Below, one piece after another: positions 1-10,675 of a stretch of DNA of 64,000 bases (the stretch's first letter is position 1; every line of letters begins with the position of its first letter). The translations under genes were made by a program, and so were the position numbers. The notes below the pieces were generated by a model. That model had not been told where the DNA came from. It saw only the letters and a program-made list of their open reading frames with translations, and searched no databases. Origin of the DNA: Chitinophagaceae bacterium (GTDB taxonomy: Bacteria; Bacteroidota; Bacteroidia; Chitinophagales; UBA10324); assembly GCA_016704325.1 (NCBI GenBank), contig JADJAG010000012.1, positions 105,500-169,499 on the forward strand, written 5' to 3'.

Positions 1-759
1 TGCCTGCATGTTGGAGACCTGGGTAGTGCAGGTTACTGCTACACGTTGTCCGTAGCGGATCTTTTCGAGTTCCACGTAATCCAAAACTACTTTCCATTCC
101 TGCTCCAGCGTTACATAATTTTCTTTGCATTCATGCAGCATATAGCGCAGCAGTTTAGAAAGCTGCATTACTACGCGCGGTGTTTCCGGATCCTGTTTCC
201 GCGCCAGCGCATAGATACTGTTGAGGGTATTAAACAGGAAATGAGGATGTGTTTGTGCGCGCAGAAAGTTCAGTTCTGATTGTAATTTTTCTTTTATCAA
301 CTGCTGCTCTCTTTTTGCATCAAGCAGTTGTTTTCTCATGAGTGATAAGGTACAAGCTGCTCCGGCAACAGTAAGTATGTCGAGCATGCGCCAGATGAAG
401 CGGGAAATATCTTCCGTTAAAGTCCCGGGCTCGTGCGTTTCATTATGTATAAGCGGTATCACTACTTGCGAAAGCAGGGTATGGTAAAGTAATAATGATA
501 CGAGCATGACTGCAATGGAAGCGGCAGCCAGTTTCCATTTTGACTTTTTCCCCATATCGGGAATCACATAGTACATCAGGAAATATGCCATCAGGATTTT
601 CGGAATCAACAGGATCATTTCAGGCAGCAATGCTTTTGCAATTCGCTCATCCCACGGCAGCTTGAAATACGAGTAGTTAATCAGGAATACATCCATATAT
701 GTTCTCAGGAACAGGTACGTGCCCCAGAATAGAATATGTAATGCAATACGACTTTTCAT
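1..759 (-). CDS. LytS/YehU-type sensor histidine kinase, N-terminal part (3' end runs off the window)
   Basis: The minus-strand frame starts at ATG 759-757 (MKSRIALHILFWGTYLF..., several hydrophobic segments). It continues to ...ELNFLRAQTHPHFLFNTLNSIYALARK...LLRYMLHE, the LytS-family His_kinase signature. It is absent from the ORF track because there is no stop inside the window. Confidence 0.8.
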   Translation of the reverse strand, partial: MKSRIALHILFWGTYLFLRTYMDVFLINYSYFKLPWDERIAKALLPEMILLIPKILMAYFLMYYVIPDMGKKSKWKLAAASIAVMLVSLLLYHTLLSQVVIPLIHNETHEPGTLTEDISRFIWRMLDILTVAGAACTLSLMRKQLLDAKREQQLIKEKLQSELNFLRAQTHPHFLFNTLNSIYALARKQDPETPRVVMQLSKLLRYMLHECKENYVTLEQEWKVVLDYVELEKIRYGQRVAVTCTTQVSNMQA

Positions 760-958
760 GTTTGCAAGGTCGCTGTAAGTTGGTTAAAAGCAGCAGTAAT
801 GAGATGAATGAGCGCTTGAACAAGATAAACAACTTGTTTGGAAGGTTAAAGGACGATAGAAAACGTTGCCTGTTGTCTGTCGTGGTAAATGTGCAGCTGA
901 TCTCATTCATAAAAAGTTGTGGTGCCGGTGATGTTGCTTCGCTGAAAAAATAATTGTT

Positions 959-2707
959 ATGAAAATAAATACCCTGCTCTTTGTCCTGCTTGCCCTACCT
1001 GTAATAAGCTATGGCCAGCTATTTACCAAAGTAACCACCGGCCCTGTGGTGACCACAGGTGGTGATAGCCGTAGTGTAAATTTCACCGACGTGAACAACG
1101 ACGGATGGGATGATATTTTTATTACCAACGGGCCCTCTGCCGGCGGGGTGAATTTTCTCTACCTGAACAATGCTGATGGCACTTTTACCAAGGTTACCGG
1201 TGATGACCTGGTAACCATCGCTTCACAATATGACGGAGCCACTATTGCTGATGCCGATAATGACGGTGATAATGATGTACTGGCAGTTACCTGGTACGAC
1301 AAGCCGGATTACTTTTTCCACAATAACGGAGACGGTACTTTCAGCTATTCCGGTGACAATGAGCTCAGTTCTCATAATGGTTTTTCCGAAACGGCCAGTT
1401 GGGGTGATTATGATAATGATGGCTGGCTGGATGCTTATGTGAGCAACAGTGAAGGAGATTTTAAGAATTTCCTGTATAATAATAATGGCGACGGAACCTT
1501 TGCCCGTATCACATCAGGCATTGCCGTTACTGATGCCGCTACTTCGCGGGGCGTTACCTGGGCCGATTATGACAACGACGGTGATGCAGACTTATATGTA
1601 ACCAATGAATCTGCTGAAGCCAACAACCTGTATAGAAATGATGACGGCATTTTTACGAAGGTAACCACCGGACCTCTGGTAAGCGACAACAGAAGTACCA
1701 TGGGTGCAAGCTGGGGTGATATTGACAATGACGGAGACCTTGATGTGTATACGGTCAACTCAGGTTATTTTGCATCGCAGAAGAACCAGTTGTATATTAA
1801 TGATGGATTGGGAAATTTCACAGAAGTAATTACCGGTGATGCAGTAACGGATGGTGGTTGTTCTTATAGTTCCTCCTTTGCAGATTATGATAATGACGGC
1901 GACCTTGATTTGGCAGTGAGCAATGGTTTTTGCAATGGCACCATCCTGAACTTCTTATATCTTAATGATGGCAATGGTGTTTTCGAGCGTGATGTTAACA
2001 GCATTAGCGACCTGGTTACACCCTGCTCGTATGGAATGGCATGGGGTGATGCCAATAATGATGGTTTTCAGGATCTGCTATTTGCCACGTGCAAGAATAC
2101 CGCAACCGGCAATAACCCGGATGATCTCTTCTTTATGAATAACGGCAATGGAAATAACTGGATCAAATTTTCACTTCAGGGTACTGCCAGCAACAGGTCG
2201 GCAATAGGAGCCAGGGTGAAAGTGAAAGCAACCATCAATGGCAATGCCGTATGGCAGATGCGGGAGGTAACCGCGCAATCGGGCCATTGCAGCCAGAATA
2301 GCCTGACCGTTCATTTCGGTTTGGGTGATGCAACCGTTGCAGACTCTGTAATGGTACTTTTTCCGGCCGGAAATGATACCGTGTTGCTGAATGTTGCGGC
2401 AGACCAGTTGATTGATGTGATTGAATCATCGGTTACTGCTGTGGATGAAGTGAATGAAGCGGTGACAGCCATATCCTGTTATCCCAATCCTGCACATGAT
2501 TCCTTCCTGATTTTGTTGGGGAACAAATTCCTGAATGATGAAAAAAGGATCACCTTGTATGATACAACAGGAAGAATTGTGCATGTGGAAACCTTGCTGC
2601 CCGGAGTTCTTTCATTTGCATGGACTAAGAATTTACCTTCCGGTATCTATATTATTGAAGTAAGTGCGGAAAGGGAAATGGAAAGAATTAAACTGATAGT
2701 TGAATAG
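959..2707 (+). CDS. FG-GAP/VCBS-repeat plus ASPIC/UnbV (CRTAC1-like) secreted protein with T9SS C-terminal domain
   Basis: Signal peptide present. Repeated D.DNDGD.D motifs. UnbV-like NRSAIGARVKV...REV.AQSGHCSQNSLTVHFGLG. C-terminus is CYPNPAHDSF...GIYIIEV. Confidence 0.85.
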   Translation: MKINTLLFVLLALPVISYGQLFTKVTTGPVVTTGGDSRSVNFTDVNNDGWDDIFITNGPSAGGVNFLYLNNADGTFTKVTGDDLVTIASQYDGATIADADNDGDNDVLAVTWYDKPDYFFHNNGDGTFSYSGDNELSSHNGFSETASWGDYDNDGWLDAYVSNSEGDFKNFLYNNNGDGTFARITSGIAVTDAATSRGVTWADYDNDGDADLYVTNESAEANNLYRNDDGIFTKVTTGPLVSDNRSTMGASWGDIDNDGDLDVYTVNSGYFASQKNQLYINDGLGNFTEVITGDAVTDGGCSYSSSFADYDNDGDLDLAVSNGFCNGTILNFLYLNDGNGVFERDVNSISDLVTPCSYGMAWGDANNDGFQDLLFATCKNTATGNNPDDLFFMNNGNGNNWIKFSLQGTASNRSAIGARVKVKATINGNAVWQMREVTAQSGHCSQNSLTVHFGLGDATVADSVMVLFPAGNDTVLLNVAADQLIDVIESSVTAVDEVNEAVTAISCYPNPAHDSFLILLGNKFLNDEKRITLYDTTGRIVHVETLLPGVLSFAWTKNLPSGIYIIEVSAEREMERIKLIVE

Positions 2708-2858
2708 CAAGTTTGCCGCAGTATTAATAGGTACCGGTTACTGATTGGATGCTAATACACCACCCCTGTGTCTGCGCTGCTAAGGATTATGGAAAGCAAG
2801 CGGGATACGGGGGGGGGAATTCCAAGCGGGCAAGCATCAAGGAAAGATGATGGCCTGT

Positions 2859-3323
2859 TCAGTATTTTGTTGAATCAACAGTACATTCCATACTATAAAG
2901 GTCAAAGCCATCTGCCCAATAGTCTTTAATGATTTCTTTGAGTGTAAATCCAAATTTTGCATAATACTGATAGGCCATTTGTGAGGTCCTTACTGCAATC
3001 GTCTTTATGCCTTCCATTTCTTTTATCTTCTGAAGCCTGAATTTGGTCAATGCGCTGCCAATTCCCTTTCCCTGGTAGTTTGGATGTACTATATCCCAGG
3101 ATATTCTTGCCGTGGTGCCATCAGGTGTTAAATTAATTCCGCCGCAGCCAAGAATGTTATTGTCTTCCGTAGCCACATAATAATCGGTTGCATGCTGTCC
3201 CAAGTATTCAAGCAGGTCTGCTTCTTCCGCAGGTGAAAAGAATTGCGGTGTATTTAGACGCAGCAATGTTATAATCTTATCCTTATCTGAAGGATGATAA
3301 TTTCTGATTTTCATATGCATCAT
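2859..3323 (-). CDS. GNAT family N-acetyltransferase
   Basis: Acetyl-CoA motif region VHPNYQGKGIGSAL...FY.KFGF. The track ORF begins with GTG at 3371. The first ATGs are at 3323, 3320 and 3314, so the start is uncertain. Confidence 0.75.
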   Translation of the reverse strand: MMHMKIRNYHPSDKDKIITLLRLNTPQFFSPAEEADLLEYLGQHATDYYVATEDNNILGCGGINLTPDGTTARISWDIVHPNYQGKGIGSALTKFRLQKIKEMEGIKTIAVRTSQMAYQYYAKFGFTLKEIIKDYWADGFDLYSMECTVDSTKY

Positions 3324-3717
3324 TGCACTATGATCGTTTAGCTGATTATGTTTCCAACACGTTTTAACCACAAGAAATACAAATACGCAACAAGATTTAC
3401 ATCATCATGTAACATGGTGCTTTGCATGGGAGGCTTACACACCTCTTCAATTCTTCCCGGCATGTTGATGATTTCGATAGTTGCCTCTTTAAATTGAGCA
3501 GGTTTGGAATTGCATGGTGAATTTACCATTGTTTGAGATAAAAGAACCTGCTGACAAGCATTACCAAAAACTTTTGGAAGGAGAAGTTGATAAAGGAGAA
3601 GCGAGTGTTCACGGAAACTTCCTCGCAAGCTAATCCCTCATGCTTTCTTACCAACGCTTAATTTAATCTCCATATCTCTCTAACCTTGAATATCTTTGCG
3701 GCCTCATCTGCTGCAAC

Positions 3718-5934
3718 ATGAAAAAACTGATCCCCCTTCTTTTCCTTTCTTGTTTTATCTATTCTACTTCCCATGCCCAGATCACCATTGCTACTGCCAG
3801 AACCATGGCAGAAGGTGCTACCGTCACCGTACGTGGTATCGTATTAAATGCAGGGGAACTTGGTGTGATACGCTACCTGCAGGATCCGACAGGAGGCATC
3901 GGTGCTTATGGTTCTTCATTAAGTAACGTGCAACGTGGAGACAGTATTGAAGTGACCGGTGTGCTGGACTTGTACAATAACCTGCTCGAGATTAGTCCGG
4001 TAAGTAGTTTTACGATAATTAGTTCCGGTAATGCACTGCCGGAACCTTTTGAAGTAAATATGTCTACCGGTTTTTCAGAAACCTATGAAGGCAGGCTGGT
4101 GCGGTTCCAGGATGCCGCCTTTATCAGTACCGGTAACTTTCAGACGGCCAGTGCCAATTACACGGCAACAGATGGGAGCGTGACTTCGGCAGAAGTGCGT
4201 ATCAATGCTACCAGCAATATTGCAGGCACTCCTATCCCGGTAGGAAGCATTGACCTCATCGGCATCATGTCGCAATTTTGTTCTTCGCCTGCTAATGGCT
4301 GCTCAACAGGCTACCAGTTGCTTCCACGCGACCTGAATGATTTTATTTTGCCCGGAAATCCACCGGTTTTTACTGCCACACCCGGCCAGATCAATATCAC
4401 ACCCTATTCATTCAATGTAACTTTTCAAACCCTCCATCCGGGCTCCACGTTGCTCTATTACGGCACCACTACCGCTCTGGGATCTGTAGCTTATAATGCA
4501 TCCCTGGTTGTGAACCATGATCTTTCCATCGGCGGATTGCAACCTGCAACCATTTACTTCGTGAAAGCTGCTTCCGTGAGTTCGACGGGCGATACCTCTT
4601 ATGCATCGGTTGTGCCAATGATGACACAATCACTTTCTTCCGGAACCATTACCACCTATTTTACCAGGTCAGTAGATAATTCTGTTGCACAGGGGATTAA
4701 TGCAGTCACCCTTGCACAAACAATGGATGATACGCTGATTGCTTACATGAACCGTACTGTCTATTCCATGGATATAGCCATCTACAACATGGACAACAAC
4801 AATGGCATTGTTGACGCAATTAATGCTGCTTATAACCGTGGCGTGAATGTGAGGGTTATTGGTGATGGCGACAATATGGACGGCAATGCGTGGTCGCAGA
4901 TTGCAATCGGACCAGCTAATAAAAAGCTAAGTCCGACCGGTATCGACTATGGCATCATGCACAACAAGTTCGTGATCATGGATGTGGATGCACCTGATCC
5001 TGATAAGGTTTACCTCTGGACAGGTTCCATGAACTTTACCAATCAGCAGGTTACGAATGATGCCAACAATGTGATCATCTTCCAGGATCAAAGTCTTGCG
5101 AAAGCGTATCAATTAGAGTTCAATGAAATGTGGAGCGGATTATTTGGTCCTGATAAGTTGAATAACACACCAAAAGAATTTAATATCGGCGGAAGCAGGG
5201 TGGAGTTATTTTTTAGTCCGAGTGATGATACGGAAACACAAATAAAGCGCACTGCCACATCAGCAGATCATGATTTGCAGCTTTGCGTGTATGCCGATAC
5301 CCGTTTCAGTATTTCCTATGCAATTGATGACCGTACCAGTGCCGGCGTTTGGGGTGGAGGAATTATTGACGATACGGCCAATGGCAGTTTTGCTTATAGC
5401 ATACTGGCCAGCGATATGGTTGGTAAATTATTCGTGGCGAATCATTCTTATTCCGTACACAACAAATACCTGCTGGTTGACGCCAATGCACCCGGACTGG
5501 ATCCAATTGTGCTAACCGGTTCGCATAACTGGAGTACCTCAGCGCAGTTCAGTAATGATGAGAATACGGTGATTGTCCACAATGCACAGGTGGCTAATCA
5601 GTATTACCAGGAGTGGGTTGCCCGATACAAAGATGAAGGAGGTACCCTGTTGCCCACCTATATTGTAGGCGTGGAAGAAATGACCGGCCTGCTTCAGTGG
5701 CAGTTGTATCCTAACCCGGCATCAGATAAAATAGTAATCAGGCAAAGTGCATTACCCGGCAGTGATTTTACAGTGCGCATTACTGATTTATCAGGAAGAA
5801 CATTCTTTCATCAATCATATGAAAACAGCAATAAGGAGGAGATTAATCTCCATTCATTCCACAGTGGAATTTATCTGGTAATGCTGGAATCAGGGGAGGA
5901 AAGGGCTGTAATTAAATTGCAGGTGTTCAGGTAA
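3718..5934 (+). CDS. Secreted phospholipase-D-superfamily (two HKD motifs, Nuc-like) protein with T9SS CTD
   Basis: Signal peptide present. Two HxK motifs (MHNKFVIMD, VHNKYLLVD; GSMNFT / GSHNWS). C-terminus is LYPNPASDKIVI...GIYLVML. Confidence 0.8.
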   Translation: MKKLIPLLFLSCFIYSTSHAQITIATARTMAEGATVTVRGIVLNAGELGVIRYLQDPTGGIGAYGSSLSNVQRGDSIEVTGVLDLYNNLLEISPVSSFTIISSGNALPEPFEVNMSTGFSETYEGRLVRFQDAAFISTGNFQTASANYTATDGSVTSAEVRINATSNIAGTPIPVGSIDLIGIMSQFCSSPANGCSTGYQLLPRDLNDFILPGNPPVFTATPGQINITPYSFNVTFQTLHPGSTLLYYGTTTALGSVAYNASLVVNHDLSIGGLQPATIYFVKAASVSSTGDTSYASVVPMMTQSLSSGTITTYFTRSVDNSVAQGINAVTLAQTMDDTLIAYMNRTVYSMDIAIYNMDNNNGIVDAINAAYNRGVNVRVIGDGDNMDGNAWSQIAIGPANKKLSPTGIDYGIMHNKFVIMDVDAPDPDKVYLWTGSMNFTNQQVTNDANNVIIFQDQSLAKAYQLEFNEMWSGLFGPDKLNNTPKEFNIGGSRVELFFSPSDDTETQIKRTATSADHDLQLCVYADTRFSISYAIDDRTSAGVWGGGIIDDTANGSFAYSILASDMVGKLFVANHSYSVHNKYLLVDANAPGLDPIVLTGSHNWSTSAQFSNDENTVIVHNAQVANQYYQEWVARYKDEGGTLLPTYIVGVEEMTGLLQWQLYPNPASDKIVIRQSALPGSDFTVRITDLSGRTFFHQSYENSNKEEINLHSFHSGIYLVMLESGEERAVIKLQVFR

Positions 5935-6220
5935 CTGCTGTTGGCACCTTTGCTCCGTTTGCTGATTGTTCGGATTTACGACAAATTGGATATAGATTAT
6001 TGGGTGTTGAAATTGAGTATAAAGTATTTGAGTAAGTGAGCAAAGTAGCGTAGTGAACACAGAATAGCAAGTGATCGGCTTTGCCGCAGCAATTTAACGA
6101 TTTAGCAATTTAACCCACCAACCATTGCTTGACAAGATGAACGAATTGTCGTACACCCGATTGTTTCCTACATGCATGCAGTTATTGTTACATGAGTTAT
6201 CTTTACGGCTAACTTAATTC

Positions 6221-7909
6221 ATGATGAAGGTCTCTCTCCGATTTCTGCTTGTGATTTTATGCCTGCCTGTAGCTGCTTTGTTTGCCCAATCCGCAAGACC
6301 GAATGTAATCATGATCATTGCTGATGACTTGCGCTATGATGCATTCAGTGTTACCGGCGGACCTGATTTCCTGAATACGCCTTCCATTAACAAGATAGCC
6401 AATGAAGGTGCACGCTTTGATAACTATTATTGCGTGTATCCGCTCTGCGTTCCGGCGCGTGCAGCCATGATGACCGGCTTATACCCGCACAGCAATGGGG
6501 CAGTCGATAATTGCACGTACATCAAACCGGGCATCAAGACGCTGGCGCAGGTGCTTGACAGCGCCGGATATCATACCGGCATGATTGGCAAGTACCACAT
6601 TGCCGCCAAGAAACAAAATGGATGGGATTATTGGTTTGCTACTTCACGGAAGATAGAGTATGAGAACCCGACCTTCTTCTTCAATTCCACAGAACAGATA
6701 AAAACCGGGCATGTAGAGAATATCATTTTCGATACCGTGCATAAATACCTGAGCCAGGTTGATACACCGTTCTTTGTTACTATTGGCCATCCGTCTCCAC
6801 ACCGTCCGGTAGTGCCCTTACCGCAGTATGATGGAATCTTTGATGACATTGACATGCCCATACCTGAAAATTTTTACCAGTTCAGTGCATGGTATCCTTC
6901 ATTCCTTTACGAGGATTCCAATAAGATTTATGAAAAGGAAAAAACAATATCTAAAGACTTCCGGAATTATTTTTCAGGAATCCTGGCAGTGGAAGATAAT
7001 GTCACCAACATCTTCAGCATCCTTCAGGACAGGAACCTGTTGAACAATACGATGATCATCTTTACTTCTGACAACGGTGCTAATTATGGCGAGCATGCGT
7101 TGAAAGGTAAGGGCAAAGCTTATGAACCATCTATTCATCTGCCTTTATTTATACGTTATCCGGCCTGGTACCCTGCCAACACGGTGGTGGATGATGATTT
7201 CTTTACGCTGAATATCGATATTATGCCTACCATTCTTCAGGCAGCTAAAATCAATCCTGATAAGTATCATCCTCAGGGAACGTCACTGCAAAAGCAAATT
7301 TCGGGAGAGGTGCAGCGGGATGCTTTTCTTTTTGAAAATATTAAACTTAAGACCGGTACCTGCGATGCCATTGAAGAAAGTGACCGGCCTTCTATGCGGG
7401 GTGTTATTACCAACGACTTTAAGTATGTGAAGAGTCAGTGTGACAAACTCACGGAGGAATTGTATGATCTTAATGCTGATCCGTTGGAGACCACAAACCT
7501 GGTGAAGGAAGCCAACTATCAGACTGTGCTGAATGAAATGCGTGCGCAACTCACTGCTTTGAAGCTGCAATACTTTGATACGTTAAAGAAGGATAAAAAG
7601 ATTGAAGATTGTAACCTTATAAAGAGTAACCCAAATGCTATTACGTACTTCAAAGTAGAAGATAATATGCCTTTGAAGATAAGCCCGAACCCGGTTGATG
7701 AATCTTTAAATTTATATGGCGATTTTAATGCTGCTACTTCAATTACCATTACCAACCTGATGGGCCAGGTTGCATACAACCACGCATTTGTTGAATCTGC
7801 TTCTTCTCAAATTGAAAGTATTAATCTTGCCCACCTTCCATCCGGAATTTACCTGATTACCATAAGACAGGAAGGCAGCCAGGTGGTAAAGACATTTTGG
7901 AAGAATTAG
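6221..7909 (+). CDS. Sulfatase (formylglycine-dependent type) with T9SS CTD
   Basis: N-terminal PNVIMIIADDLRYD, CxPxR motif CVPARAAMMTGLYPHSNG, and later FTSDNG. CTD is ISPNPVDESL...GIYLITI. Confidence 0.9.
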   Translation: MMKVSLRFLLVILCLPVAALFAQSARPNVIMIIADDLRYDAFSVTGGPDFLNTPSINKIANEGARFDNYYCVYPLCVPARAAMMTGLYPHSNGAVDNCTYIKPGIKTLAQVLDSAGYHTGMIGKYHIAAKKQNGWDYWFATSRKIEYENPTFFFNSTEQIKTGHVENIIFDTVHKYLSQVDTPFFVTIGHPSPHRPVVPLPQYDGIFDDIDMPIPENFYQFSAWYPSFLYEDSNKIYEKEKTISKDFRNYFSGILAVEDNVTNIFSILQDRNLLNNTMIIFTSDNGANYGEHALKGKGKAYEPSIHLPLFIRYPAWYPANTVVDDDFFTLNIDIMPTILQAAKINPDKYHPQGTSLQKQISGEVQRDAFLFENIKLKTGTCDAIEESDRPSMRGVITNDFKYVKSQCDKLTEELYDLNADPLETTNLVKEANYQTVLNEMRAQLTALKLQYFDTLKKDKKIEDCNLIKSNPNAITYFKVEDNMPLKISPNPVDESLNLYGDFNAATSITITNLMGQVAYNHAFVESASSQIESINLAHLPSGIYLITIRQEGSQVVKTFWKN

Positions 7910-8012
7910 AAACCAATACTAGCGTGCATCCTCTATCCCCACGCTGAAGCGTGGGGTTATAGGATGAAACCTGTTCCTGGCAGGCTTTAACTCATATTAT
8001 TCGGACAGACAC
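7905..8012. repeat. REP-like multi-hairpin element, copy 1 (truncated at its left end)
   Basis: About 105 nt align to 20118-20228. Hairpin catcctctatccccacgc-tgaa-gcgtggggttataggatg at 7928-7966, then cctg...cagg. Confidence 0.7.
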
Positions 8013-8150
8013 TAGATAAAATCAGATGTGCCATCTAATTCTTGTTTCAGGAATTTTTCAGTTGACAGATAGATCTTGAAATAAGGTCAGCAATACACGT
8101 TTAGTTGAACATTTTGAGATATTGGACAATTTAGTTACCCTGTCCACTTC

Positions 8151-9326
8151 TTATTGTTGATGAAAGACCATTCGATTTCCTGATGTCATGATTTCAATAT
8201 AGATACCGGCAGGTGCTGCTTCAAGTGTAGGATAATAACTACCGTAAATACTATAGTAGCCTTGACTTATAGATTGAACATTTGAATTCTTTATTGCAAT
8301 CACAGGACTATAATCAATCATGCCATCCAGGTTTACATTTCCCGTTCGGTAGTAGAGTGTTTTTGCTGCAGGAAGATACTGGTCGTGAAAGAAATAACTG
8401 GTCTTGTTTAGTGTATTCGTGATTCCCGGGACTTTACCGATTTCCTGCCAGTCAATTGCATTCAGGGATCGTTCAACCACATAATAATCAGTGTTTACTT
8501 CTGTAGCCGTAATCCATTGCAAGACTACTTTTTGGTCTGTAGTAGTACCCCAAAACGCTACAAGATCAATTGGCAGGATGAGGAGGCAGCCATTACAGTT
8601 TTCGGCAAATGGCATATCTTCCTCTTCACCGCTGCAACACCAATTTACGTTAACTGACCAAAAACTTAATGGATCATCCCTGATGTCTCCATCCTGCACT
8701 TCAATATAGCCGGTTCCGAAAAGAGAACCGGTTTCTTTGTTTCTGAAATTGCCATGCAAAATATAAAGACAGGTGTTGTTGAAATTAATGATGCCATCAT
8801 TCTTGAATTCTCCATTCTGAACACTCACTTCAATGTATGGCACCACAAAGGTGAGAATGCCGGTTTCTTTTACTTCAATATCACTTGCTATTACGGTAGT
8901 ATCAACCTGTGAAATGCCTTCTACCCTGAACCGTTCAACACAATCTATGGTTTGGTAAAAATTGCCGATACAGCCCGGCCCAATGTCAATACTTTTGCAA
9001 TCAACCGGTCCAAGAGCAACTATACTTCCTCCATTAAAAAATTCTATTTCGAAGTTGCCTGAAAGTGATCCTGTGCTAGTGATCAGCAGATGGGAATTAA
9101 GGTCAACTTCCAGGTCATTTCCAAGATTGATATCGTGATTAATGATTACAGTATCGTTCACCAAAATATACCCGGGAGTACATCCGCAAGCGCTGCTGCC
9201 ATTCGTTGACCAGACCGTGCTGCTATTATTCCAGTTGCCGTTTGCCAATGAAGTATACGTGGTTTGGCAGAAACCGGTAACAAGATTGGTTAACATAAAC
9301 GATACCAGCAGGAAAGAAATCTTCAT
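8151..9326 (-). CDS. Hypothetical secreted protein
   Basis: Signal peptide MKISFLLVSFMLTNLVTGFCQ from ATG 9326 (the track ORF starts at TTG 9344). No family recognised. The C-terminal part ...YYVVERS..IDWQEIGKV resembles Ig/FN3-like domains common in Bacteroidota cargo. Confidence 0.55.
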   Translation of the reverse strand: MKISFLLVSFMLTNLVTGFCQTTYTSLANGNWNNSSTVWSTNGSSACGCTPGYILVNDTVIINHDINLGNDLEVDLNSHLLITSTGSLSGNFEIEFFNGGSIVALGPVDCKSIDIGPGCIGNFYQTIDCVERFRVEGISQVDTTVIASDIEVKETGILTFVVPYIEVSVQNGEFKNDGIINFNNTCLYILHGNFRNKETGSLFGTGYIEVQDGDIRDDPLSFWSVNVNWCCSGEEEDMPFAENCNGCLLILPIDLVAFWGTTTDQKVVLQWITATEVNTDYYVVERSLNAIDWQEIGKVPGITNTLNKTSYFFHDQYLPAAKTLYYRTGNVNLDGMIDYSPVIAIKNSNVQSISQGYYSIYGSYYPTLEAAPAGIYIEIMTSGNRMVFHQQ

Positions 9327-9420
9327 AAATGGGGGAATACGCAAAGGAAGCTAACAGGTTGCATATTACGCTGTCAAAAAATACTCAATGGGAGAGAATT
9401 GTTGTTGAAAGGAGAACACG
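9300..9420. repeat. Direct repeat copy 1 (promoter/5'UTR plus first codons of the 8151-9326 gene)
   Basis: cttcataaatgggggaatacgcaaaggaagctaacaggttgca... matches 11560-11680 closely. Confidence 0.75.
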
Positions 9421-9480
9421 CGACAGTTCATAAATTGCAGGCGGGGTCGTTTTGCCTTTTGGGTTTGTATAATCTGCTCA

Positions 9481-9513
<33 letters not shown>

Positions 9514-9580
9514 TTGATGCCCGGATCAACTGCAGATTAGTTTCTTATACCTGGCAGCAGTTCGCCACGGAGGCGCCTTG

Positions 9581-9979
9581 TTACTTCTTCATAAATCTGT
9601 TTAGTAATGCACGACCTTGACGCCGAAATATCATTGCAATAAGAAGGCAACAAATTAAAACGATGATAGCGAGGATGAAAAGCTTACCGCCGTCTCCTTT
9701 AGACTCTATTCCGATAATGGTCATATGAGATAAGATGGCTCCTGACATTAAACCTATTCCAAGGAATGAACCAATAAATGCTGTAGCCGGAATCAACAGC
9801 AAGATGCCTGTTATTAATTCTATTATACCGGTTCCAATGCGACCCCAGGGCTCTACACCCAGTTTGGTAAACAGTTCAACGGATTCAGGATGACCGGTAA
9901 ATTTGAAGTAAAGTGTCTGTAAAAGAATTACTGCTGCAATAATTCTTAATAGCCAGGAGATGATAGTGGTTACTTTCAT
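9581..9979 (-). CDS. DoxX family membrane protein
   Basis: From ATG 9979: MKVTTIISWLLRIIAAVILLQTLYFKFTGHPESVELF..GVEPWGR. Four hydrophobic helices typical of DoxX. Confidence 0.75.
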   Translation of the reverse strand: MKVTTIISWLLRIIAAVILLQTLYFKFTGHPESVELFTKLGVEPWGRIGTGIIELITGILLLIPATAFIGSFLGIGLMSGAILSHMTIIGIESKGDGGKLFILAIIVLICCLLIAMIFRRQGRALLNRFMKK

Positions 9980-10004
9980 TATTAATGTATTTCTGTTGGT
10001 TAAA

Positions 10005-10478
10005 TTACTGGTAAATGGTCTGCCAGTTATTATCGGCTTTAATTCTAAGGGTGTTTTCGTTATCATTCCATTTGATCAAAGTATTGTTAGTCCATGAATG
10101 ATAAAACAGGTAAAGCCTGCCATTTGCAATTTTGAATGTTTCAGGGTCGATTGCAACTTTTTCTCCATTTGCTCCCATTGCATACGCACACCATCCACCA
10201 TACTGAGGTTCGTATTTTATGTAATTCTTTAGAAAGAGATCAAGGTTGGAGGAAGAGGCGAATAAATAGGTTACGCCACCAACAACAGCTGAAAATTGTT
10301 TATTACCCTTTACTGCTTTATTCTCAGAGAAGTAAGCGACCGGGTCATATCCTTGAATTGCAATGCCACTTTCCAGGTTGAATTGTTTTGAACGTAAGGC
10401 CTCCTGGGCAAATGATAGGTTACAGAGTAGTACCAATCCAAACACTTTGGCGATTATTTTAATAGTCTTCAATGACAT
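10005..10478 (-). CDS. YHS-domain protein (periplasmic)
   Basis: Signal peptide present. IAIQGYDPVAYF...YLFASSSN...YEPQYGGWCAYAM, the characteristic YHS-domain pattern. This family is often adjacent to DoxX. Confidence 0.8.
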   Translation of the reverse strand: MSLKTIKIIAKVFGLVLLCNLSFAQEALRSKQFNLESGIAIQGYDPVAYFSENKAVKGNKQFSAVVGGVTYLFASSSNLDLFLKNYIKYEPQYGGWCAYAMGANGEKVAIDPETFKIANGRLYLFYHSWTNNTLIKWNDNENTLRIKADNNWQTIYQ

Positions 10479-10675
10479 AAGTTTTCGATCATTTGATCCT
10501 TTGATGAATAATGGCCAATAACCAATGGCTTTCCTGATTTAAACTGCGGAATCAGCTAAACCAATCTCATTTACCTTACCGTTGTAGTTTAGGTATTGAA
10601 TACATCCGGTGAAAGTGCAAAAATGCTTCACGCTTCAATACGAGCAAATGGACAATGTTCCCGAATATTTGGAGA

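Noticed and set aside
3338-3628. 96-aa minus-strand ORF upstream of the GNAT gene
   Set aside because: No motif or signal peptide. It overlaps the only GTG-extended part of the GNAT ORF. Coding cannot be supported.
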